Below are positions 10,440 to 17,381 of a stretch of 32,000 nucleotides of DNA, one piece after another (within the stretch, counting starts at the first letter, position 1; each line of letters opens with the position of its first letter). The DNA lies in assembly GCF_021378375.1 (NCBI RefSeq), contig NZ_CP076228.1, forward strand, positions 870,001 through 902,000. Direction: 5' to 3'. A model generated the notes under the pieces. That model did not search any database, was not told where the DNA came from, and saw only the letters and a program-made list of their open reading frames with translations. The stretch comes from Wolbachia endosymbiont of Drosophila innubila. GTDB lineage: Bacteria; Pseudomonadota; Alphaproteobacteria; Rickettsiales; Anaplasmataceae. Both the position numbers and the translations under genes were made by a program.

Positions 10440-11089
10440 ATGCGTAATAATTTTAGTATAAAATTGTCATACATAAGAAATCTATTTGCAAAAGAATATA
10501 AAAAAAAATAGAAGAATATTGTATTCTTGAAAAAAAGCAACATATTCAAATTGGCCCTGAAGAAGGAAAGCTATTAAGTTTATTTATAAAAATCCAAAAA
10601 ATCAAAAGTATTGTTGAGATTGGCACGTTATACGGTTACTCGTCGATTTGCATGGCAAAAGCTCTACTAAAAGACGGTCATATATATACAATAGAAAATA
10701 ATCCTCAACACTCAAGAATAGCAAAAAAAAATTTTAGTGCTTTTAATCTAAGTGATAAAATTACTCTAATAGAAGGCGATGCACTGGAAAAAATTAATGA
10801 ATTATCAGCAAAAGCACCATTTGACATGATATTTATTGATGCTGACAAAAGTAGTTATCCTAAGTATTTAGATTGGGCAGAGTCATACATTAAACAAGAT
10901 GGGCTAATCGTTGCAGATAACACTCTACTGTTTAACACAGTATTTTTAGAATCGCCTCCAAAAGAAGTATCAGAAAAATCATGGCATGCCATGAGGGAGT
11001 TTAATAATAGATTATCAGATGAAAAAAAATATTTCTCTATATTGATTCCAACTGATGAAGGAATGACTGTAGCTTTAAAGCTAACATAA
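10440..11089 (+). pseudogene. Class I SAM-dependent O-methyltransferase (caffeoyl-CoA OMT-like), interrupted by a frameshift in an A9 run
   Basis: ATG at 10440 reads MRNNFSIKLSYIRNLFAKEYKKK then TAG (10509). In the -1 frame the sequence continues IEEYCILEKKQHIQIGPEEGKLLSLFIKIQKIKSIVEIGTLYGYSSICMAKAL (SAM-binding motif) into the track ORF 10652..11089 (FIDADK, VADNTL). The frames join at the A9 run 10500..10508. Confidence 0.8.
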
Positions 11090-11090
11090 G

Positions 11091-11747
11091 TTAAAAATCA
11101 AGGTCAGCATAATGTTTAGGAGGGATTAAACCAGAAATCCTCTCTAATAATATCTCACGAAAACAAGGCTTTGATTTAACAATGGAGTACCATTCTTTTA
11201 AAATTTTACTTTTTTCCCATGGAAAACTACTTACATAATCCATTACGGAAATATGCGATGCTAAAGTAATATCAGCTAAAGTGAACTTATCAGTTGCAAG
11301 CCAAACGTTCTTGTTAATTAAGTGTTCGGTGTATTCCATATGGCAAGGCAGGTTATGCTGAGCTGCATGAAGAAATCTAGAGTCAGGGCTGCGGTTAGTA
11401 ATTACTTTTTCATTCATAATATACTTAGTAACTTCATTGTAAAATTTGTTATCGAACCAATTGATTAGAGCGCGTATTTTAGACTTAATAATAGTGGATG
11501 AACCAAGTAATTTGACGTCGCTATTGTAAGTCTCTTCTATATATTCACAAATGGCATTACTATCCGCTATTACAAAGTTATTATCTATTAACACTGGTAC
11601 TTGCCCGGTTGGATTGATCTCCATAAATTCATTCCGCTTTTCCCACGGATTTTCATACACTAGATCACAGCCTAATTTTTTTTCTTTTAGAAAAGCTCTA
11701 ACTTTTCGTGAAAATGGACAAAGAGGAAAATGATATAAAATTATAAT
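11091..11747 (-). CDS. Glutathione S-transferase family protein (Cys-type CPFS N-terminal motif); non-canonical start
   Basis: The track ORF (GTG at 11660) lacks the GST N-terminal strand. The same frame is open upstream to TAA (11762..11760) and encodes IILYHFPLCPFSRKVRALLKEKKLGCDLV, but contains no ATG/GTG/TTG. An AAGAGGAA Shine-Dalgarno-like motif sits just before ATT ATA ATT (11747..11739). Confidence 0.7.
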   Translation of the reverse strand: MIILYHFPLCPFSRKVRAFLKEKKLGCDLVYENPWEKRNEFMEINPTGQVPVLIDNNFVIADSNAICEYIEETYNSDVKLLGSSTIIKSKIRALINWFDNKFYNEVTKYIMNEKVITNRSPDSRFLHAAQHNLPCHMEYTEHLINKNVWLATDKFTLADITLASHISVMDYVSSFPWEKSKILKEWYSIVKSKPCFREILLERISGLIPPKHYADLDF

Positions 11748-11797
11748 GTTCCTCTTTTGTTATACCAATATCCTTTTTTTGTTACTCTATGGCTTGA

Positions 11798-12095
11798 CCT
11801 ACAACTGTACGAACTTTCTTTGTAGTCCACAGAAGTTTGCGTAGCAGGTAGTGTCATGCAAGTAGCTGACACTGGAATCCAGTTCTTGTTATACAATTGC
11901 CTAGTGCGCTCATTTACAGTTAAGTTTTCTGGATCCAAGTAGTCAAGCACTGGGATGACATCCTTTTCGGTAAAAATTGCTCTTATATCACAACATTCAT
12001 ACAGCTGTATGCCTAGGCACTGGGATGACATAAATAAGCGCTGAAATGACATAAATAAACATTGGAGTGACAATCTTGTAGTGACTTGCATGACA
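11798..12095. repeat. Cluster of hairpin/palindrome repeat modules
   Basis: CCTACAACTGTACGAAC (11798), GTCATGCAAGTAGCTGACACTGGAATCCAG (11853..11882, identical to 20628..20657), GGATCCAAGTAGTCAAGCACTGGGATGAC (11931..), GGCACTGGGATGACA (12016..), then serial xATGACA half-sites. Confidence 0.8.
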
Positions 12096-12208
12096 ACTAA
12101 CTTTTTGTTTACTTCAAAATAGCACTGTAAAAAATTTAACATATCAAATTATAGAGCTAATATAGGATATACCTTGCTAAATAAAAAAAAAAGTATAATA
12201 TTTTATAA

Positions 12209-12287
12209 GGTATGCAGGCAAAAACTCTGTAATTTGGTCAGATCAGAAATGAAGCAGCCATATCAGAACCTTTTTGGGTTGCATACC
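12209..12287 (+). ncRNA. ffs: Signal recognition particle RNA (4.5S, small bacterial SRP RNA)
   Basis: GGTCAGATCAGAAATGAAGCAGCCA matches the universally conserved domain IV of 4.5S RNA (E. coli GGUCAGGUCCGGAAGGAAGCAGCCA), with a GNRA tetraloop GAAA closed by UCA/UGA. Terminal stem GGTATGCA (12209) pairs with TGCATACC (12287); inner stems are CAAAAA/TTTTTG and TCTG/CAGA. TATAAT sits at 12194..12199 and a T-rich tail follows. The position immediately upstream of dnaX is a common synteny. Confidence 0.8.
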
Positions 12288-12315
12288 TATTTCATTATTT
12301 GTTTTATCCGAGGCT

Positions 12316-13917
12316 ATGAATATAGCATTAAAACATCGTCCTAGTAGCTTCAAAGATCTAGTAGGTCAAGATATATTAGTGCGTGTATTAGAAAATGCTT
12401 TTATTTTAAACAAAATCCCACAATCTATACTGCTCTCTGGTAGTAGTGGAGTTGGTAAAACCACCACTGCAAGGATAATAGCTTTATGTTTGAATTGTTC
12501 CCTGGGGCCAATTTTTGAACCTTGCGGATCATGTGAAAATTGTCTAGCAATAAAAAATTCAAGCCATCCAGATGTAATTGAAATCGATGCAGCAAGTCAC
12601 ACTAGCATTGACGATATTAAAGTAATCCTGGGAGATATTTGCTATTCACCTATAAGCTCTAAATTCAAAGTCTACATTATAGATGAAGTACACATGCTAT
12701 CTAGCAGTGCATTTAACGCATTACTTAAAACCCTAGAAGAGCCACCATCTAGTGTAAAGTTCATTTTAGCAACTACGGAAATAAAAAAGATACCAATAAC
12801 TATTATTGCACGTTGTCAAAGATTTGATTTACACAACATTCCTGTAGCTAAAATAGTGGAACGTTTAAATGATGTTGCACAAAAAGAGAGTTATTCCATT
12901 GAAAAGGGAGCATTAGAATTAATTGCACGACACTCTGGAAATTCAATGCGTAACGCCTTGTTTTTGATGAATCAAGCAGTGCTATATAGCAAAGATGGTG
13001 CAATATCCACTAAAAATGTGACAGACATACTTGGCCTAGTGGATAAAGATATTATATTCGATCTATTAGGGGCAATATTAGAAGGTGATTTACAGAAAGC
13101 TCTATCAGTGTTTGACAAGGCGGTAAAAACAGCAAACCCACTTAGTATTTTTGAAGGTCTATTGCAAACAATTCAGTTAGTATGCCGTTTTTTGATTACA
13201 AAAGAGATTGATAATGCAGTTACAGAGCATGAAAAGAATAGGATAAAAGATTTAAGTATAAAGAGATCTTTAATATTTTTTTCGAGATTGTGGAAGATGT
13301 TGCTTAAAGGTATTCAAGATATAAAAACTTCAACATGCAACGATGTTGCTGCTGAAATGATGTTAATTAGCCTCTGTTATCTTTCTGATCTGCCTTCTCC
13401 GGAACAGGTGATCAAAAAAGTTCTTTCGCAGAATGTAGAGCAAGGAAATAGACAGGGCAGACCTGTTGCACCTTCCCCCTCTGTCATCCAAGTAGCTGAC
13501 TACTCGGATCCAAAAAAATATGTGGAAAGTAAACAACAACCCCACTCTGTCATCCCAGTGCGTGACACTGGGATCCATGTGGAAAATAAACAACAAAATT
13601 ACGATTTTGATAAGATTTTGCAACTATTAAGGCGAAGTAACCAAATTTATCTTTACAAACAACTGTGTAATAATCTACAATTAATAGATTGTAAACCTGG
13701 ATATTTAAAATTAAAAGCTGTATCTAAGTTGGATAGTAATTTTTGCAATGATTTAAAAAATTACTTAAACCAGGTGACTCAGCAAGAGTGGGTTGTTGCA
13801 GTTGATACAGGTTATATAAACAGGGAAGTGAGTAATTTAAATTATGCACCTGCAGTTAAGGATATCCTTGACACGTTTAAAGGTGCAAAAGTAGTTAATA
13901 TAGAAAATAAGGAGTAA
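12316..13917 (+). CDS. dnaX: DNA polymerase III subunit gamma/tau
   Basis: Start taken at ATG 12316 (MNIALKHRPSSFKDLVGQ); the track's TTG at 12274 lies inside ffs. Walker A GSSGVGKTT, Zn module CLNC..CGSCENC, DEVHML, SRC motif ARCQRF. Carries a repeat-derived insert at 13477..13596. Confidence 0.95.
   Translation: MNIALKHRPSSFKDLVGQDILVRVLENAFILNKIPQSILLSGSSGVGKTTTARIIALCLNCSLGPIFEPCGSCENCLAIKNSSHPDVIEIDAASHTSIDDIKVILGDICYSPISSKFKVYIIDEVHMLSSSAFNALLKTLEEPPSSVKFILATTEIKKIPITIIARCQRFDLHNIPVAKIVERLNDVAQKESYSIEKGALELIARHSGNSMRNALFLMNQAVLYSKDGAISTKNVTDILGLVDKDIIFDLLGAILEGDLQKALSVFDKAVKTANPLSIFEGLLQTIQLVCRFLITKEIDNAVTEHEKNRIKDLSIKRSLIFFSRLWKMLLKGIQDIKTSTCNDVAAEMMLISLCYLSDLPSPEQVIKKVLSQNVEQGNRQGRPVAPSPSVIQVADYSDPKKYVESKQQPHSVIPVRDTGIHVENKQQNYDFDKILQLLRRSNQIYLYKQLCNNLQLIDCKPGYLKLKAVSKLDSNFCNDLKNYLNQVTQQEWVVAVDTGYINREVSNLNYAPAVKDILDTFKGAKVVNIENKE
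13477..13596 (+). repeat. Two tandem palindromic-repeat units inserted in frame within dnaX
   Basis: Unit 1 (63 nt) contains GTCATCCAAGTAGCTGACTACTCGGATCC + A7 + ATGTGGAAAGTAAACAACAA. Unit 2 (57 nt) contains GTCATCCCAGTGCGTGACACTGGGATCC + ATGTGGAAAATAAACAACAA. They are translated as PSVIQVADYSDPKKYVESKQQ / PHSVIPVRDTGIHVENKQQ. Confidence 0.85.
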
Positions 13918-13920
13918 GTT

Positions 13921-14253
13921 GTGGATTTTAGTCAAATAATGAAACAAGCGCAAGAGATGCAAAAAAAGCTTGCAGAAGCTCAAGAAAAATATGTTGGAAA
14001 AGAGTTTCAAGGTATTTCTGGTGGTGGCAAAGTTTCTGTATTAGTGGAAGTCATAAAAATAGGTAGCTATAAAGCTAAAAAGGTGAACATAGACTTAGAA
14101 CTTATGAGAAATGAGGAAAAAGATATAGTAGAGGATTTAGTAACAGCAGCGTTTAATGATGCCGTTAAAAAAGCAGAAGAAGATATGGCGAATGCAACTT
14201 CTGATCTTGCAGGTATGATGGGTTTACCATCTGGGTTTAAACTTCCTTTTTGA
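13921..14253 (+). CDS. ybaB: Nucleoid-associated protein YbaB/EbfC family
   Basis: 110 aa, GTG start 3 nt after the dnaX stop. Typical YbaB N-terminus (QIMKQAQEMQKKLAEAQE) and dnaX-ybaB synteny. Confidence 0.85.
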   Translation: MDFSQIMKQAQEMQKKLAEAQEKYVGKEFQGISGGGKVSVLVEVIKIGSYKAKKVNIDLELMRNEEKDIVEDLVTAAFNDAVKKAEEDMANATSDLAGMMGLPSGFKLPF

Positions 14254-14351
14254 ATTTACTACTGAAGTTTCTTTTAGTGTAAGTATTTTTTTTCTAATAT
14301 TCCCAACGCTAGTACTTCTTCATATAATGTACCTATACTAGCATAGCCCTA

Positions 14352-14640
14352 CGTCATACCGTGATTCATTCCACAACTGTACAAACATTGCAATATGGCA
14401 CATAGTAAACGATGTCATTCCAGTCTGGAATCCAGCCTTGCCGTAATCTCATCAAGAACATTGTGTTTTAACATAAAACGGCTACTTTTATGCTTACCAA
14501 CTTAATAAAATTCCTGGATCCCAGACTGGGATGACAAGAAGATGGTACTTGGATAAGAGGCATTGCCCTCCTGGTAGGCCCAAATTGCAATGTTCGTACA
14601 GTTGTGGATTTCTCATCCGCTAACAAGCAGCGGAATGACG
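14352..14640. repeat. ~290-bp long imperfect palindrome (MITE-like) upstream of wsp
   Basis: The left arm CGTCATACCG..CCACAACTGTACAAACATTGCAAT..GTCATTCCAGTCTGGAATCCAG is mirrored by the right arm CTGGATCCCAGACTGGGATGAC..ATTGCAATGTTCGTACAGTTGTGG..CCGCTAACAAGCAGCGGAATGACG. Confidence 0.8.
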
Positions 14641-14776
14641 AGGTCTTTCGATAGTAAATCTTACCTGTGTTAGCTATACCAAAAAATCAAAAGTCGTATT
14701 TATTCATTAATAAAATCTTTGTCTTTTCCTAAAAATTAGTTAAAATGTAGAATATTTTGTGTTATTAAGTTAGCAC

Positions 14777-14805
14777 TTGACTTAACTTTAGTTGTTACTT
14801 AGACT
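14777..14805 (+). promoter_or_regulatory. Putative sigma-70 promoter of wsp
   Basis: TTGACT (14777..14782) - 17 nt - TAGACT (14800..14805), ~38 nt upstream of the wsp ATG. ACGAGGA lies before the ATG as a possible RBS. Confidence 0.35.
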
Positions 14806-14842
14806 GCTAAAGTGGAATTTTAATTTTTTTACGAGGACAATT

Positions 14843-15556
14843 ATGCATTATAAAAAGTTTTTTTCAGCAGCCGCTTTAGCAACGTTGCTAAGTTTATCAA
14901 ATTCTGCTTTTTCAGATCCTGTTGGTCCAATAAGTGATGAAGAAACTAGCTACTACGTTCGTTTGCAATACAACGGTGAATTTTTACCTCTTTTCACAAA
15001 AGTTGATGGTATTACCTATAAGAAAGACAAGAGTGATTACAGTCCATTAAAACCATCTTTTATAGCTGGTGGTGGTGCATTTGGTTACAAAATGGACGAC
15101 ATCAGGGTTGATGTTGAAGGAGTTTATTCATACCTAAACAAAAATGATGTTAAAGATGTAACATTTGACCCAGCAAATATTATTGCAGACAGTGTAACAG
15201 CAATTTCAGGATTAGTGAACGTGTATTACGATATAGCAATTGAAGATATGCCTATCACTCCATACATTGGTGTTGGTGTTGGTGCAGCGTATATTAGCAC
15301 TCCTTTGGAACTCGCTGTGAATGATCAAAAAAGTAAATTTGGTTTTGCTGGTCAAGTAAAAGCTGGTGTTAGTTATGATGTAACTCCAGAAGTCAAACTT
15401 TATGCTGGAGCTCGTTATTTCGGTTCTTATGGTGCTAATTTTGATGGAAGAAAAACAGATCCTAGAGATGCAACCAAACAGGTTATTGATGCAGGCGCAT
15501 ACAAAGTTCTTTACAGCACTGTTGGTGCAGAAGCTGGAGTAGCGTTTAATTTCTAG
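14843..15556 (+). CDS. wsp: Wolbachia surface protein (outer-membrane beta-barrel, Msp/OMP-1 family)
   Basis: MHYKKFFSAAALATLLSLSNSAFSDPVGPISDEETSYYVRLQYNGE..., DDIRVDVEGVYSYL, PYIGVGVGAAY, and a C-terminal AGVAFNF with terminal Phe. I recognise this as WSP. The start is set at ATG 14843 rather than the track's upstream TTG. Confidence 0.95.
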   Translation: MHYKKFFSAAALATLLSLSNSAFSDPVGPISDEETSYYVRLQYNGEFLPLFTKVDGITYKKDKSDYSPLKPSFIAGGGAFGYKMDDIRVDVEGVYSYLNKNDVKDVTFDPANIIADSVTAISGLVNVYYDIAIEDMPITPYIGVGVGAAYISTPLELAVNDQKSKFGFAGQVKAGVSYDVTPEVKLYAGARYFGSYGANFDGRKTDPRDATKQVIDAGAYKVLYSTVGAEAGVAFNF

Positions 15557-15570
15557 TCTATCTCAGTCTT

Positions 15571-15666
15571 GTTATCCCAGTGAGTTTTTTCTTGCCATCT
15601 AAGTGGCATGACACTGGGATCTAGAAAAAAGAAATGTGGATTCCAGTGTCAAGGCACTGGAATAAC
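15571..15666. repeat. Two palindromic repeat modules immediately downstream of wsp
   Basis: GTTATCCCAGTG...CACTGGGATC (15571..15621), an A-run, then ATGTGGATTCCAGTGTCAAGGCACTGGAATAAC (15634..15666). A degenerate half-site GTTATCCAATTAGCTAACACTG lies at 15738..15759. Confidence 0.75.
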
Positions 15667-15816
15667 ACTATTTGCTATGTGTTTAAGCTATAACGTTTAC
15701 CATTGTACTGGTAGAATATCATCTAAGGTTACATAATGTTATCCAATTAGCTAACACTGCGGCCTACTGTCTCCAAGAAATTAGATGGAAAATTTGTACT
15801 TTTTTCAAATCAAAGC

Positions 15817-15845
15817 TTGAATTTTTGCTGGAAAATCAATATATT
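15817..15845 (+). promoter_or_regulatory. Putative sigma-70 promoter of rpoH
   Basis: TTGAAT (15817..15822) - 17 nt - TATATT (15840..15845), 30 nt upstream of ATG 15875. Chance occurrence is plausible in AT-rich DNA. Confidence 0.3.
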
Positions 15846-15874
15846 ATATGCATGAAGTTTTGATTTAAGTTGTT

Positions 15875-16768
15875 ATGTTGACCTCAATGGCAAACTTATG
15901 TGTCGATAGCAGAACCAATCTCATGCAATATATTGCTAAGGTGCAAAAATTTCCTATGCTGTCTCAAGAGGAAGAGGTACGATTAGCAAAAAATTGGAAC
16001 CAATATAAGGATGTTTCTTCTGCTCATAAATTGATTACCAGCCATTTGAATTTGGTAGTGAAAATTGCAATGAAATTCAAAAATTATGGGCTATTGTTGA
16101 TGGACCTGGTTATGGAAGGAAATATGGGTTTAATGCACGCAGTGAAAAAGTTTAATCCTGATTTAGGGTTTCGTTTTTCAACTTATGCAGTGTGGTGGAT
16201 TGAAGCTTCAATAAAAGACTTTATATTGAAATCTTGGTCGTTTGTGAAAATAGGCACAACGCAAGCACAAAGAAGATTGTTTTTTAGTTTACGTAAAATA
16301 AAAAAAAGAATTTTACAGTATACAAACAGGGAAACTTTAAATAATGAAGAAATAAAAGCAATATCTAATGAGCTTTCTGTATCCGAAGGAGACGTTCTGC
16401 AGATGAATTACCGTATGGCTTGTAAGGATCAGTCGCTAAACGATTGCATAAAAATAGGTGATGACTCTAAAAGGGAGTTGCAAGATATGATCCCATGTAA
16501 CTTGGTCAGTCAAGAAGTAACCTATCAGAATCATGAAGAAAAAGAATTAAAAGAAACAATTTTAAACAATGCACTAGCGAGTCTCAACGAAAGGGCAAGA
16601 GACATTTTTATCAGTAGATATTTGTCTGAAAATATTCAAACTCTGGATGAACTTAGTAAAAAATATTGTGTTTCAAGAGAAAGAATAAGGCAGTTGGCTG
16701 AGCAGGCGATGGCTAAGGTAAAACAATATATACAATCTGAAAGTTTGAAATTTGGTTTGCATGCGTAG
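15875..16768 (+). CDS. rpoH: RNA polymerase sigma-32 (heat-shock sigma factor)
   Basis: Sigma-70 family regions 2-4, plus the RpoH box QRRLFFSLRKIK and the C-terminal HTH VSRERIRQLAEQAM. Confidence 0.92.
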   Translation: MLTSMANLCVDSRTNLMQYIAKVQKFPMLSQEEEVRLAKNWNQYKDVSSAHKLITSHLNLVVKIAMKFKNYGLLLMDLVMEGNMGLMHAVKKFNPDLGFRFSTYAVWWIEASIKDFILKSWSFVKIGTTQAQRRLFFSLRKIKKRILQYTNRETLNNEEIKAISNELSVSEGDVLQMNYRMACKDQSLNDCIKIGDDSKRELQDMIPCNLVSQEVTYQNHEEKELKETILNNALASLNERARDIFISRYLSENIQTLDELSKKYCVSRERIRQLAEQAMAKVKQYIQSESLKFGLHA

Positions 16769-17258
16769 TTTTTTTATATTTCTAATATTTTTTTCGATAG
16801 GCGCTTTTGCATCGGTTAGTGATGTACAATTGAAGGAAAAATATAAAGATTGGCTCGTGTATACTGCATTGGAAGATGGAGAGAAAGTATGTTATATTGT
16901 ATCCTATCCTAAAAAAAAAAGCGAATATTATACAACCAATCGCAAGCCGTATGTAATGGTTAGTTATGTTGATAAAAAAGCAGATGAGGTAAGCGTTACC
17001 TCTGGTTTTCAGTATGATAAGGAGCCTGTAGCTCTCAATATCGACAAAAAAATTAAATATACACTGCCCATAATACAGGGAAGTTTTGCGTGGGCAGAGC
17101 ATACAAAAATAGATCAAGATCTCATTCTAAAAATGAAGCAGGGATTATCAATGGTAGTTAATGGAAAAACAAAAACAGTGACCATTGATGATACTTATTC
17201 CCTACTTGGTTTTCAAAAAGCGTATCAAAAAATGCATGATTTATGCCATACAAAGTAA
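16761..17258 (+). CDS. Secreted/periplasmic protein, invasion-associated locus B (IalB)-like
   Basis: Signal peptide MRSFFIFLIFFSIGAFASV (ATG 16761, overlapping the rpoH end by 8 nt). YKDWLVYTALEDGEKVCYIVS resembles the IalB-family N-terminal block. The family call is tentative. Confidence 0.45.
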   Translation: MRSFFIFLIFFSIGAFASVSDVQLKEKYKDWLVYTALEDGEKVCYIVSYPKKKSEYYTTNRKPYVMVSYVDKKADEVSVTSGFQYDKEPVALNIDKKIKYTLPIIQGSFAWAEHTKIDQDLILKMKQGLSMVVNGKTKTVTIDDTYSLLGFQKAYQKMHDLCHTK

Positions 17259-17381
17259 ATTATTGTAACAGAATACCCAGCTATAGTATAAACTAGACTA
17301 CTCTTTCAATGGAAATATAAATAGCACTTTACTTTATATGGGATGTGGATATCATTTAAAATATATTTTTGAGAGTTAGCA

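Noticed and set aside
11741-12142. 133-aa ORF on the minus strand
   Set aside because: It is composed almost entirely of repeat modules (encoding [10 protein letters not shown] and similar), with no start context or family resemblance. It is open only because the repeats are stop-poor.
12174-12199. TTGCTA as the -35 element partnering the TATAAT box upstream of ffs
   Set aside because: The spacer is only 14 nt, outside the 16-19 nt range. I keep only the -10 box as supporting evidence for ffs.
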